Source: Clostridium sp.
GTDB lineage: Bacteria; Bacillota; Clostridia; Lachnospirales; Lachnospiraceae
Length of the DNA: 64,000 nucleotides
Direction: 5' to 3'
Assembly: GCA_018377235.1 (NCBI GenBank)
Contig: JAGZZT010000001.1
Span: 192,474 to 256,473 of the forward strand
The position numbers and the translations under genes were made by a program. The notes below the pieces were generated by a model. That model was not told where the DNA came from and ran no database searches. It was given only the letters and a program-made list of their open reading frames with translations. Shown here piece by piece: positions 47,973 to 58,330 of the stretch (positions within the stretch are counted from its first letter, which is position 1; the number at the start of each line of letters is the position of its first letter).

Positions 47973-48764
47973 TTATGCCCGCTTTAAAAGGCAGGTGATT
48001 TTTGACCAGAGATTCCGGCTGTTGTCAAAATTCAAAAACGGCACGGACTCTCCCATGATTCTTCTGCAGATGTTCAGATATGCCTGCCCTGCAAAGCCGT
48101 TCATCCCAGCCAGGGGTTCTCCCTGGTTGGTAGAAATCACAATATCTTCATCGTCAGGGATGGTCCCAATCACAGGAACGGACAAGATATCCATTACATC
48201 GTCTACTGACATCATATCTCCCCGTCTCACCATATCCATGCGGATGCGGTTAATAATCAGATCGATATGCTTCATCTCATCTGCCTCCAGCAGCCCGATA
48301 ATGCGGTCTGCATCCCGGATCGCCGATACCTCCGGCGTAGTTACCACGATCGCTCTGTCAGCTCCTGCAACGGCATTTTTAAATCCCTGCTCGATACCAG
48401 CCGGGCAGTCAAGAAGTATGTAGTCAAACTCCTCTCTCAAAGAGGCGACCAGCTTTACCATCTGTCCAGGGTTTACAGACGATTTGTCTCTCGTCTGGGC
48501 AGACGGCAGTAAAAACAGGTTAGGATATCTTTTGTCTCTTATCAGCGCCTGCTTCATCCGACAATTCCCCTCCACCACATCTACCAGATTGTAGACAATG
48601 CGGTTTTCCAGTCCCATTACCACATCCAGGTTTCTGAGGCCGATATCTGTGTCTATCAGAACCACCCTCTTCCCTAATATAGCAAGACCTGTTCCCACAT
48701 TTGCGGAGGTAGTCGTTTTGCCTACGCCGCCTTTTCCGGATGTAATCACAATGACTTCACTCAT
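47973..48764 (-). CDS. minD: Septum site-determining ATPase MinD
   Basis: 'VIVITSGKGGVGKTTTSANVG' deviant Walker A. Full-length MinD. Confidence 0.9.
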   Translation of the reverse strand: MSEVIVITSGKGGVGKTTTSANVGTGLAILGKRVVLIDTDIGLRNLDVVMGLENRIVYNLVDVVEGNCRMKQALIRDKRYPNLFLLPSAQTRDKSSVNPGQMVKLVASLREEFDYILLDCPAGIEQGFKNAVAGADRAIVVTTPEVSAIRDADRIIGLLEADEMKHIDLIINRIRMDMVRRGDMMSVDDVMDILSVPVIGTIPDDEDIVISTNQGEPLAGMNGFAGQAYLNICRRIMGESVPFLNFDNSRNLWSKITCLLKRA

Positions 48765-48894
48765 AGTGCAATATCCTCCTGTATTCAGTTTACATTCTTA
48801 TTTTACTCTAAAATTTCCAAAGTTTCCAGCATTAAATAAAATTTAAGTAATTTAAGAAACTCTTTCTCTCTGCTCTGGCCACAATTCTTCTTTA

Positions 48895-51747
48895 TTATTC
48901 TCCGTTGATAGTCTCTCTGGATGCGTTCAAAGCTCCTGCGCTCATGATTTCTTCCAGGCTCATGTAGCCATAGTAATAGCGATACACTGATTTTGCTGTG
49001 AGGGCTGCGTTAGCTGAATTGTATCCATTAGGAATATTAACTGCCACACTGATTTCAGGATTTTCATATGGCGCAAAGGAAATGAAGAACGCATGGTTTC
49101 CTCTTGTCTTTACCTCCTGGGCCGTACCTGTCTTTCCGGCAATATTGACGGGAAGATCCTGGAATCTGGCGCTTCTTGTCACCACTCCTCTCATACCCTC
49201 AAACACTGCATCCCAGGTAGAGGATGCAATATCCAGCTGCTCATGTACCTTCGGTGCAAACTCCTGCACCAGGTTTCCTCTGGAGTCTGTTTCCTTCAGG
49301 AGTAGGCTCAAATCAAATACCGTCCCCCTGTTGGCAAGAGCTGTGACGTACCTGGCCAGCTGTACATTCGCAAAAGCATGAGTACCCTGGCCAATAGCGG
49401 AACGCTCCGGATCCATATCGCTTATGTGGGGTTCTGACTCAAAAATCTCAATTCCAGATGTCTGATCAAGGCCGAACATGGAAGCGTACTTTTTCAGTGT
49501 CTCCAGTCCTTTATCTGCCTTATAGGTATCTCCCTCCATGGACATTCTGTGAGCCAGTTCTGCAAAATAGACGTTGCAGGAATTTGTGATACCGCCCACT
49601 ACGTTCAGCGGTCCATGGTGTCCCAGACACTTTAAGGGATTGCTTATCTCCTCAAATACTCCCTCACAGACAACCGGCTCCCCCAGACCGATCACGCCCT
49701 CCTCCAGGCCTGCGATAGCTGTAATGGGCTTAAAGGTAGAACCTGGCGCCTTCAGAGTTGTCGTTGCATTATTTCTCAGAGGGCCTGACAAATCGCTGTT
49801 CACCTGGGCAAAATAATCAACATTATTAATCTTGTTGTTATCGTAGCCCGGATAGGTAACAAGAGCCAGAACCTTGCCTGTGTGTACGTCTGTCACCACA
49901 CAGGATGCAGTACATGGATCTAATGCCAGCTGGGCCGGTGTCAGCTCTACATTTCGTATCTTCTGCATCATAAAGGAGTACGTGTAATTTGCATCTCCCT
50001 GTCTCAGAGCAGATACCTGAGCCTCATCATAGGCCAGAACCCCCTGATCATAGAGAGCCAGGCAGAGTTCCTTTCCTGACACAGTATTATTGTAAATCAG
50101 ATACTGATAAATCTTTTTGGAAAACTCATCGTTGTCAGTAAGAATTCCAAAAATATGTTCTACCAGAACCTGATATACATCGTCAGCGCTGGAATATTTA
50201 CTCTCGATTTCCAGCCTGGTGGTGTCAATCCAGTTGTTCGCAATGCCGTAATACAGATATTCCTTCAGACTCAGACTGCCTGCCTTCCAGGCCTCGTACT
50301 CTTCACTCTTTGTGTCAATCTCAGAAGAGAGAATCAGCTTTTCTCCGTCAGAGGCCAGCAGCGTATAAATATACTGCATGTAGGCCTGCATATCCTCTGA
50401 AAGAGCGTTCATCGGAGTAGGCGCGCTGCTGGTCAGCTCATTTTTCAAGTCTGCTTCAATCCTGGCCTTGGCGCTTTCAAATTTGGCGTTGATCTGCCGC
50501 TCTGTATCAGATGCCTCCTCCGATGCAAAATCATGGAAGGACAGGACATTATTGTTAATCAGCTGAAAATAAGCATCTTTAATGGGGAGCTTAATCTCAG
50601 AGGCGTCCACATTCTTGATCTCTTCCGGCTCCTGATTGACAAGAACATTTGTCAAAATACCGGCCAGCTGCTTCTCCAGAATATGGTATATCGCCTTCTG
50701 AAGATCCCGATCCAGAGAGAGCCAGATATCGTTTCCAGCTTCCGGCTCTACTACGTTAGCTGTCTCCAGAATCTTGCCCATATTGTCTACATAGATGGTC
50801 TGAGAACCTTTCTTTCCTTTCAGTTCCAGCTCCATAGAGGACTCGATTCCCGTGCGGCCAGCCACATCGTTCAGTTCATAATCATCGCTTTGTTTTTTCA
50901 GTTCTTCCAGCCCGTCTGTAGTAACTTTTCCTGTATATCCAATGACAGGAGCAAAGTAGATGGCGTCATTGTAAACACGGATAGTGGATTCCTCGATATT
51001 CACTCCCGGAAGATCCGCCGTGTGCTCCAGAATATCCGCCATAGTCTCCTCGCTGATATTCTCAGCCACGGTTGTCGCTTCATACTTTCTAAAACTTGTA
51101 AAGCGCATGGTATACCGGATGTTTACAATCTGGACAGCAATATCCAGAGGAACCTCCACCAGATTTCCATTCTCATCCTTCATCTCGTCCAGCTTGTAGA
51201 CGTGCATCTGTTTTCTCAAAAGCTCCTCCGCTGTCACAGAGGACGGATATTCTCCTTTCGGATCATCCAGCTCGTCCACACTCTTTAAACCGTACAGATC
51301 CCGCAGGAAGCGGAGTCTGGCGCTTTCGGAGGCCGATGTGTAAGATACATTTCCCTCCGCATCTGCAGTAATTTCCAGATCTCCCTTTACCGTTTCCCCG
51401 TGCTCATTCAGTATCTTCACCAGCTCCCAGAGCATATAATTCCAGCCGGTGCTGTTTTCAAAGGCTCCTATGTCCTGTACTGTCACGTTGTAGGCCAGCT
51501 CGTTATAGGCCAGCACATTTCCGTTTCTGTCGTAAATATTACCTCTGGTGCTGGCTGTCTTAATCACCTTTTCAGTCAGCGAAATATATTCATCCTGATA
51601 CTCTTCTCCATGCACAATCTGAAGTGAAAACAGACGTGCTGCCAGAGTTCCGTACATAAGCAGGAACACCAGGGAAATGGCGAAAAGCCGGGAGGTAATG
51701 ACTTTTTTAAAAAACTCCTTTAAATATTCCAGTAAATCCCTAAACAA
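48895..51747 (-). CDS. mrdA: Penicillin-binding protein 2 (elongasome transpeptidase), unusually long (950 aa)
   Basis: N-terminal TM. 'STFKP', 'SCN' and 'KTGTA' motifs in the C-terminal third. About 300 extra residues in the N-terminal/pedestal region relative to typical PBP2. Confidence 0.85.
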   Translation of the reverse strand: MFRDLLEYLKEFFKKVITSRLFAISLVFLLMYGTLAARLFSLQIVHGEEYQDEYISLTEKVIKTASTRGNIYDRNGNVLAYNELAYNVTVQDIGAFENSTGWNYMLWELVKILNEHGETVKGDLEITADAEGNVSYTSASESARLRFLRDLYGLKSVDELDDPKGEYPSSVTAEELLRKQMHVYKLDEMKDENGNLVEVPLDIAVQIVNIRYTMRFTSFRKYEATTVAENISEETMADILEHTADLPGVNIEESTIRVYNDAIYFAPVIGYTGKVTTDGLEELKKQSDDYELNDVAGRTGIESSMELELKGKKGSQTIYVDNMGKILETANVVEPEAGNDIWLSLDRDLQKAIYHILEKQLAGILTNVLVNQEPEEIKNVDASEIKLPIKDAYFQLINNNVLSFHDFASEEASDTERQINAKFESAKARIEADLKNELTSSAPTPMNALSEDMQAYMQYIYTLLASDGEKLILSSEIDTKSEEYEAWKAGSLSLKEYLYYGIANNWIDTTRLEIESKYSSADDVYQVLVEHIFGILTDNDEFSKKIYQYLIYNNTVSGKELCLALYDQGVLAYDEAQVSALRQGDANYTYSFMMQKIRNVELTPAQLALDPCTASCVVTDVHTGKVLALVTYPGYDNNKINNVDYFAQVNSDLSGPLRNNATTTLKAPGSTFKPITAIAGLEEGVIGLGEPVVCEGVFEEISNPLKCLGHHGPLNVVGGITNSCNVYFAELAHRMSMEGDTYKADKGLETLKKYASMFGLDQTSGIEIFESEPHISDMDPERSAIGQGTHAFANVQLARYVTALANRGTVFDLSLLLKETDSRGNLVQEFAPKVHEQLDIASSTWDAVFEGMRGVVTRSARFQDLPVNIAGKTGTAQEVKTRGNHAFFISFAPYENPEISVAVNIPNGYNSANAALTAKSVYRYYYGYMSLEEIMSAGALNASRETINGE

Positions 51748-52273
51748 TGGTAGAATCTCTCCTTTGCATCCGTTCCTCCAGCGTTCTGTTGATAAACAGA
51801 AGGAGGCGGTAGACCAGCAGCGTGGTTACGGTAGTAAAAATAATTTCCGGCACCATAATTTCCTTAAAATAGTAAAGAAAATCCAGTCTGGCCCGTATCA
51901 GGAAACGGAACACATATATATACATGTTATAAGCCAAATCATTGGTAATGCTTAAAATCAGCGGCAGAGTGATGTAATCCTCATAGTAATATTTAGTAAA
52001 AACACCGTTAATATACCCTGCGTTGATAAAAAACAGCGTATAGAATCCAAAAGGGCCACTGTAAAACAGATCCATGAACAGGCCCGCCACGAGTCCATAA
52101 CAGATTCCGGCTGCCCTTCCATCTATAAAGCCATTAATAAACACAAGAATCAGAAGCAGATTCGGCGCCGCTGACAGAAACGCAATCTGCGGAAATACAC
52201 AAATCTGTATCGTAAAAGCCAGAATCAGAAGGATAATGTTGAGAATAATTTTCCTGATGCTGTTCTTAACCAT
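51740..52273 (-). CDS. mreD: Rod shape-determining protein MreD
   Basis: 177 aa polytopic. Follows mreC. Confidence 0.7.
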   Translation of the reverse strand: MVKNSIRKIILNIILLILAFTIQICVFPQIAFLSAAPNLLLILVFINGFIDGRAAGICYGLVAGLFMDLFYSGPFGFYTLFFINAGYINGVFTKYYYEDYITLPLILSITNDLAYNMYIYVFRFLIRARLDFLYYFKEIMVPEIIFTTVTTLLVYRLLLFINRTLEERMQRRDSTIV

Positions 52274-52278
52274 AACCT

Positions 52279-53109
52279 CTACTCCTCACCGCCGTCCTTC
52301 AGCTGGGTAATGACAAGCACTTCCTGGAGATTGTCAAATTCAGCTACCGGAACAATCTGTCCTGATTTCGTCACATTATTGGAATCTGTCGTAAGCTCTG
52401 TAGCGTAGCCGACTAAAATTCCAGGCAGAAACACATCGCTGATGTTAGAGGTGACTATCTTGTCCCCCTCCTGAATATCAGCCTCTTTTTTCACATGATC
52501 CAGCCCCAAAAGTCCCTCCTGAAACAGCGTCAGGTCTCCGCTGACAATACAGTTATCACCGGAACGCATGGACATGCAGCTGACGCGGCTGGAATCGTCG
52601 ATAATCGACCGCACTGTGGCGTAATTAGCGCCCACATCAGTGACAATTCCCACCAGGCCCCCGCCAGCGATAACATTCATGTTTTCTTTAATACCGTCGT
52701 TGGATCCCTTATTGATCCGGAAAATCTGGAACCAGTTTCCAGAGTCCTTGGCAATAACTCTCGCGGCTACCTTCTCATACTGCATGTAGTCCTGATCCAA
52801 GGCATACAATTCTCTCAGACGCTCCAGTTCATACTGTTCAGCCTGAAGGCGGTTATTTTCCTCTGTCAGTTCTGCTACCCGATCCTTCAGCTCCTTATTT
52901 TCCGTCTGAGCCTCCTTCATGGCAGAAAAGTCCCTCATATGGTTGTAGAGACTTGTACCAATCGCATTGACTCCTGACTGAAATGGAATTAAGACGTATC
53001 CCACTCCTGTCCGAAGAGGTGTCAGGATGCTGTTATTAATGGATGTGACGGCAATCAGCACAATACAGAAAAAGGACAGACCCGCCAGAATATATTTACT
53101 GTTTTTCAT
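52279..53109 (-). CDS. mreC: Rod shape-determining protein MreC
   Basis: 276 aa. N-terminal TM, coiled coil, beta-rich C-terminal domain. Confidence 0.85.
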   Translation of the reverse strand: MKNSKYILAGLSFFCIVLIAVTSINNSILTPLRTGVGYVLIPFQSGVNAIGTSLYNHMRDFSAMKEAQTENKELKDRVAELTEENNRLQAEQYELERLRELYALDQDYMQYEKVAARVIAKDSGNWFQIFRINKGSNDGIKENMNVIAGGGLVGIVTDVGANYATVRSIIDDSSRVSCMSMRSGDNCIVSGDLTLFQEGLLGLDHVKKEADIQEGDKIVTSNISDVFLPGILVGYATELTTDSNNVTKSGQIVPVAEFDNLQEVLVITQLKDGGEE

Positions 53110-53112
53110 ATT

Positions 53113-53805
53113 TTATAACATTCCCCGTTCTTTAAAGCTGAAGTAGGAATTGTCTCCTATAATCACATGGTCAAGAAGTGTAAGCCCCAGCAGTTCCCCT
53201 GCTTTTGCCACCTTCTGCGTCAGCCCGATATCCTCCCGGCTGGGAGAGGGATCTCCGCTGGGATGATTATGGACAAGAGCCAGCCGCACGGCATGGTAGC
53301 GCAGGGCTTCAATAAAAATCTCTCTCGAAGAAGCTACAGACGCATTGACCGTTCCGCGAAACAGGCAGGATTCCCGAATCAGCATATTTTTCGTATTAAA
53401 CATCATCAGATGGAGTTCTTCCTGCTCCATATGACGCATATCTTCCATATAAAATGCCGCAATTTCCTCAGGGCTTTCATAATTTTTCGTCTCCTGAACG
53501 GCCAGGGTTTTCCATATCCGCTTCGACAGCTCCCCAATACACAGAAGCTGAAGTCCCTTTACCCGTCCAATCCCCTTTACTGCCATCAGCTCCGGCAGTG
53601 TAAGATGCAGCAGTCCTAAAATCCCCGTCGGTTCATTCAGGCTCAGTATTTTCTGCGCCAGAGCCAGAGAATGTTCTCCTCTGGCTCCAGTGCGTATAAT
53701 AATCGAAAGCAGTTCCGCGTCCGTCAGAGCCTCTGCCCCCAGGCGCTCGCACCGTTCATAGGGCCTGTCCAGCTCCGGTATTTCTTTCATAGTCTGGTAA
53801 TCCAT
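53113..53805 (-). CDS. radC: RadC-family JAB/MPN domain protein
   Basis: 'HNHPSGDPSPSREDI' JAMM motif. HhH N-terminus. Confidence 0.85.
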   Translation of the reverse strand: MDYQTMKEIPELDRPYERCERLGAEALTDAELLSIIIRTGARGEHSLALAQKILSLNEPTGILGLLHLTLPELMAVKGIGRVKGLQLLCIGELSKRIWKTLAVQETKNYESPEEIAAFYMEDMRHMEQEELHLMMFNTKNMLIRESCLFRGTVNASVASSREIFIEALRYHAVRLALVHNHPSGDPSPSREDIGLTQKVAKAGELLGLTLLDHVIIGDNSYFSFKERGML

Positions 53806-53962
53806 ATCGGCCTTCCTTTCTCTATTACCTCTCCAGGTACAATGAAAACGGATGGCTGCTTACTTATTTTATCACAATCATTCCTGTGTGTATATACGAG
53901 AATTTCTATTTTTTTCGAAAGCATTTCTTAAAAAACCTGAAAATTCCCCCGTATTTTTTCGG

Positions 53963-55243
53963 TTAAATTGTCACAATTCCTGCATCCTTCAGTTTCTGCA
54001 AAGACATAAGAATGCCAAGTTTCGCATGATACCAGGTCAATCCTCCCTGGAAAAATACAGAGTACGGCGGCTTAATAGGCCCGTCTGCAGACAGTTCAAT
54101 AGAAGCACCCTGGATAAAAGCTCCTGCTGCCATAATCACCTGGGAATCATATCCCGGCATATCCCATGGCTCCGGTGTCACAAAGCTGTCTACTGGCGCA
54201 GCTGCCTGAATTCCTTCGCAGAATGCAATCACTCCCTCCGGCTTTCCAAAGGTCACTGCCTGGATGATGTCGTGACGCGATTCCGTGCTGTTCGGAACAA
54301 CCAGAAAGCCCAGCTTCTCATAGACAGCGGCCGCAAAAATAGCTCCTTTTAAAGCTCCAGCTGTCACAGTAGGAGCTAAAAACAGTCCCTGAAATAAAGA
54401 CTGATTAACGCCCAGGCTGGCTCCAACCTCTCTTCCAAGTCCAGGAGAGCCCAGACGATAAGCCGCGTTCTCCACACATTTTTTTGTTCCAGCAATATAG
54501 CCTCCGATAGGAGCCAGTCCGCCGCCTGGATTTTTAATCAGAGAGCCTACAACCATATCTGCTCCCACGTCGCTTGGCTCGATGGTTTCCACAAATTCTC
54601 CGTAGCAGTTATCCACCATGCAGATGAGATCTGGCTTAATGCTCTTTACAAAGGAAATCAGCTCTCCGATCCGCTCTACTGAGAGCGTCGGTCTGGTTGC
54701 GTATCCCTTGGAACGCTGGATGGTAACCAGCTTTGTCCTCTCGTTAATAGCTTTTCTGATTCCGTCGAAGTCAAAACTTCCGTCCTCCAGAAGATCCACC
54801 TGGCTGTAGGTAATGCCATACTCTTTCAGGGAACCGTTGGAATTTCTGATTCCGATTACCTCCTCTAAAGTATCATAGGGTTTTCCCACAGGAGAGAGCA
54901 GTTCGTCACCTGGGCGCAGATTTCCAGCCAGAGCTGTGTAGAGAGCATGAGTTCCGCAGGTAATCTGAGGTCTCACCAGAGCGTCCTCTGTGTGGAATAC
55001 GCTGGCGTATACCTGCTCCAGAGTCTCCCTTCCCAGATCATTGTAGCCATAGCCTGTGGTTCCTGAAAAGTGAATATCGCTTAAACGATTCCTCTGCATG
55101 GCTGAAATAACCTTCAGCTGGTTAAATTCCGCCGTCTCATCCACCTTTTTAAAACGCTCTTTTAGCGTCTCCTCAATTTCCAGTCCAAATTTCAGCACCT
55201 CTTCGCTGATGCCAAGCGTTTTGTACATTGATGTTAAATCCAT
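53963..55243 (-). CDS. PLP-dependent YnbB/'aluminium resistance' family protein (Cys/Met-metabolism lyase fold)
   Basis: 426 aa. 'MDLTSMYKTLGISEEVLKFGLEIEE...' is typical of this family, which commonly neighbours miaA. Confidence 0.7.
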   Translation of the reverse strand: MDLTSMYKTLGISEEVLKFGLEIEETLKERFKKVDETAEFNQLKVISAMQRNRLSDIHFSGTTGYGYNDLGRETLEQVYASVFHTEDALVRPQITCGTHALYTALAGNLRPGDELLSPVGKPYDTLEEVIGIRNSNGSLKEYGITYSQVDLLEDGSFDFDGIRKAINERTKLVTIQRSKGYATRPTLSVERIGELISFVKSIKPDLICMVDNCYGEFVETIEPSDVGADMVVGSLIKNPGGGLAPIGGYIAGTKKCVENAAYRLGSPGLGREVGASLGVNQSLFQGLFLAPTVTAGALKGAIFAAAVYEKLGFLVVPNSTESRHDIIQAVTFGKPEGVIAFCEGIQAAAPVDSFVTPEPWDMPGYDSQVIMAAGAFIQGASIELSADGPIKPPYSVFFQGGLTWYHAKLGILMSLQKLKDAGIVTI

Positions 55244-55301
55244 TGGTATCCGCCTTCCTTATTCATTTCTTTCATTAATATATTTCTTTACCGTATTAGT
55301 T

Positions 55302-56318
55302 TCAGTCCCGGTGCGCCTCCTGCCCCTGGAGAAACTTCTCCCCAAAGGCTTTCCGGCAGTCTTCCAGCACAGCGTGAAGCATCTTCTCCCTGCTGCCTTT
55401 GAAAGACTCTGATTCCAGCCACCGTACGTTCCTCTCTCTGCGGAACCAGGTCAGCTGCCGCTTTGCAAAGTGCCTGGTATCACGCTTCAGAATATAAACT
55501 GCCTCGTCCAAAGTCAGCTGCCCGTTTAAATAATCTAATATTTCCTTGTATCCCAGTCCCTGCATGGAAACCATGTCCCTGGTACAGCCCATTGCCTGAA
55601 GGGCTTTCACCTCTTCCACCAGTCCATGTTCCATCATCCGATCCACTCGCTCATCAATCCGGCTGTAGAGAAGCGGCCTCGGCAGATCCAGCACATAATA
55701 GAGAAACTGGTATGGCGAAGTCTTTTCCCGTTCTTTTCTGTTATGTTCAGAGATCTTCATCCCTGTCTGCCTGTAAAATTCAATAGCCCGAATCACTCTT
55801 TTTACGTTGTTTTCATGAATTGCCTCGGCTGATTCCGGATCTATCTCCTCCAGCAGGGCATGGAGAGCAGCAGGGCCATCTGTCCTGGCCTTTTTCTCCA
55901 GTTCCTTTCTGAGTTCACTGTCCTCATCTGTCTCTGTAAAATCAATATCATACAGAAGAGCCTGAATATAAAATCCTGTTCCTCCTGCTATGATGGGAAT
56001 ATTTCCATGACTGTAAATCTCCTCCATCGCCTGTTTCGCCATCTCCTGAAACCGCACCACATTGAACTCCTCCGGCGGATCCAGTACATCGATCAGGTAA
56101 TGGGGAACTCCGTCCATCTCTTCCCTGGTTACCTTGGCTGATCCGATATCCATATGGCGGTACACCTGCATGGAATCAGCGCTGATAATCTCCCCGCCAA
56201 TCCGCTTTGCCAGCTCAATGGAAAGTGCTGTCTTTCCGGAGGCTGTAGGGCCTGTGATAATAATAAGAGGCCGTTTCTGTTCCATCTGGTCTTCTTCCTC
56301 CTTCTCTTCCCTTCTCAT
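55302..56318 (-). CDS. miaA: tRNA dimethylallyltransferase
   Basis: 'LIIITGPTASGKTALSIELAKRIGGEIISADSMQVYRHMDIGSAK'. Confidence 0.9.
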   Translation of the reverse strand: MRREEKEEEDQMEQKRPLIIITGPTASGKTALSIELAKRIGGEIISADSMQVYRHMDIGSAKVTREEMDGVPHYLIDVLDPPEEFNVVRFQEMAKQAMEEIYSHGNIPIIAGGTGFYIQALLYDIDFTETDEDSELRKELEKKARTDGPAALHALLEEIDPESAEAIHENNVKRVIRAIEFYRQTGMKISEHNRKEREKTSPYQFLYYVLDLPRPLLYSRIDERVDRMMEHGLVEEVKALQAMGCTRDMVSMQGLGYKEILDYLNGQLTLDEAVYILKRDTRHFAKRQLTWFRRERNVRWLESESFKGSREKMLHAVLEDCRKAFGEKFLQGQEAHRD

Positions 56319-58319
56319 TTATACAATCCGCTTAAATTTTTTCTCCAGCTCATACCGGCTCATAGAGATAATTGTAGGTCTTCCATGTGGGCAGGCATAA
56401 GGATTTTCCAGCTCCAGAAGCTGGTCAATCAGCGTTTCCGCTTCAGATGCAGACAGATGATGGTTTCCCTTCACAGCTGCCTTGCAGGACAGAGAGGCAA
56501 TTCTGTCATTGATTATGTCTGCTCCGCTTCTCTCCACATCCTCTGACAGATTGTCCAGCATTTCCATTAAAAGTTCCTTCTTGGCAATAGAAAACAGGTT
56601 GGCAGGCACAGCCCTTACTGCATATTCCTTTCCGCCGAAGGGCTCTATCTCAAACCCAATATTGGTAAAGTGATCCATATACCGCTCCAAAAGCAGCTGT
56701 TCGGAATCATTTAATGTCAGAATTACAGGCGGATTTACCAGCTGGGAAGTGTACTCTCTATTCTTTAAGGTAGCCATGGTCTTCTCATAAAGTACCTTTT
56801 CATGAGCTGCGTGCTGATCGATAATATAGAGCTTGTCTCTGTATTCTACCAGCCAGTAGGTGTCAAACAGCTGGCCAATCAGCCTGTGCTCCGCCCTGGC
56901 CGCTCTGGTCAGAAGGCGATCCTCGAAAAGATCCATCTGCCTGGGTTCTTCCGGTTTTTTCTGGATTTTCTGCTCCTGTCTGTCCTCCTGTTCCGCCTGC
57001 TTTAAAACAGAGCCATATTCTGCACCTGTTTCCCGGATCTGTACTTCCGGGCTTGCCAAAGCCTTAACTGCTTTCGGAACTGGCTTAATCGGCTTTTCAA
57101 AAAGCAGCTTTGGATCTTTCAGTTCCGTCTTTGGTTTCTGAGGCTCTGCCTGTTCTGGCTGGATCGCAGAAGCATTCTCTCCTGCCAGCTCCATCTTTTT
57201 CAGCAGAGAATGCGGAGCCTGGAGCGATGCCCGGCGTTTTTCCTCAAAAGGCTCCAGCCTCTGCATCTGAATCGGCTTTAAGGAAGGCTCATTTCTCTGG
57301 CTTTTCCCCAGCTCTACCCCCGGAATCAGCTCCCGCTCTGACAAAGCCATGGAGATCGTGTGGTAAACCATCTTATAGATCATCTCTCTATCCCTGAAGC
57401 GCAGCTCCATCTTAGCTGGATGGACATTAACGTCCAAAAAGGATGGATCGATGGTAAAGTGCAGCATGGTAAAGGGGTATTTGTGCTGCATCATGAACGG
57501 CTTATAGGCGTCCTCAATAGCCTTGTTAATCAAGCTGCTTTTAATATAACGGCCGTTGATAAAGTAATTTTCAAAATTCCTGTTTCCCCTGGCAATCAGA
57601 GGTTTTCCAATAAAGCCCGACAATTTCACCGGTGCTTCCCCCATTTCCACAGGAAGCAGGTTTGCTGCGATTTCCCTGCCGTAAATGGTGTAAATAATAT
57701 CCCTCAGATTGTGATTTCCTGATGTGTGAAGCCGGCTCTGTCCATTCTGGATAAAGCGAATGGATACCTCCGGGTGGGACAGAGAAATTTTCTCTACTAG
57801 ATCGCCGATATGAGCTCCCTCTGTGGCCGGAGACTTCAGAAACTTTCTTCTGGCCGGCGTATTGTAAAACAGATTCCTGACCAGAAAGGTCGTTCCCTCC
57901 GGAGCTCCGATATCCTCCAGACTTTTTTCTTCTCCGCCGTCGATACAGTATCTGGATCCAGACAGGGCGTCTCCTGTCTTTGTAATCAATTCCACCTGGG
58001 CGATAGAGGCAATACTTGAAAGAGCCTCACCACGAAAGCCAAGGGAAGATACGGTAAACAAATCCTCCACTGTCTGAATCTTGCTGGTAGCGTGGCGGAG
58101 AAAAGCGGTGGAGATCTCTTCCTTTGGAATTCCGCAGCCATTATCCGTCACCCGGATCAAGCCGATTCCGCCTTCCTTGATTTCAATAGTGACGGCTGTC
58201 GCCCTGGCATCAATGGCGTTTTCCAAAAGCTCCTTCACCACAGAAGCAGGGCGTTCAATCACTTCACCAGCTGCAATCTGATTAATGGTCATCTGATCAA
58301 GCACCTGAATGTTTGGCAC
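56319..58319 (-). CDS. mutL: DNA mismatch repair protein MutL
   Basis: 666 aa. GHKL ATPase 'AGEVIERPASVVKELLENAIDA'. C-terminal dimerisation domain. Confidence 0.9.
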   Translation of the reverse strand: MPNIQVLDQMTINQIAAGEVIERPASVVKELLENAIDARATAVTIEIKEGGIGLIRVTDNGCGIPKEEISTAFLRHATSKIQTVEDLFTVSSLGFRGEALSSIASIAQVELITKTGDALSGSRYCIDGGEEKSLEDIGAPEGTTFLVRNLFYNTPARRKFLKSPATEGAHIGDLVEKISLSHPEVSIRFIQNGQSRLHTSGNHNLRDIIYTIYGREIAANLLPVEMGEAPVKLSGFIGKPLIARGNRNFENYFINGRYIKSSLINKAIEDAYKPFMMQHKYPFTMLHFTIDPSFLDVNVHPAKMELRFRDREMIYKMVYHTISMALSERELIPGVELGKSQRNEPSLKPIQMQRLEPFEEKRRASLQAPHSLLKKMELAGENASAIQPEQAEPQKPKTELKDPKLLFEKPIKPVPKAVKALASPEVQIRETGAEYGSVLKQAEQEDRQEQKIQKKPEEPRQMDLFEDRLLTRAARAEHRLIGQLFDTYWLVEYRDKLYIIDQHAAHEKVLYEKTMATLKNREYTSQLVNPPVILTLNDSEQLLLERYMDHFTNIGFEIEPFGGKEYAVRAVPANLFSIAKKELLMEMLDNLSEDVERSGADIINDRIASLSCKAAVKGNHHLSASEAETLIDQLLELENPYACPHGRPTIISMSRYELEKKFKRIV

Positions 58320-58330
58320 TGAAATCCCTC

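Noticed and set aside
50533-51288. 251-aa plus-strand ORF inside PBP2 (and similar antisense ORFs inside mutL, mutS and miaA)
   Set aside because: Antisense to conserved housekeeping genes. Shadow ORFs with no independent support.
48765-51747. Possibility that the missing MinC is fused to the long PBP2
   Set aside because: The PBP2 C-terminus ends in the transpeptidase domain, the N-terminal extra region shows no MinC-like beta-helix repeats, and the 130-nt gap contains no ORF.
53806-53962. Expected hfq after miaA / small ORFs in the radC-ynbB spacer
   Set aside because: No Sm-like ORF is present in the window downstream of miaA. Absence cannot be assessed for the genome from this window alone, so it is not reported as a finding.
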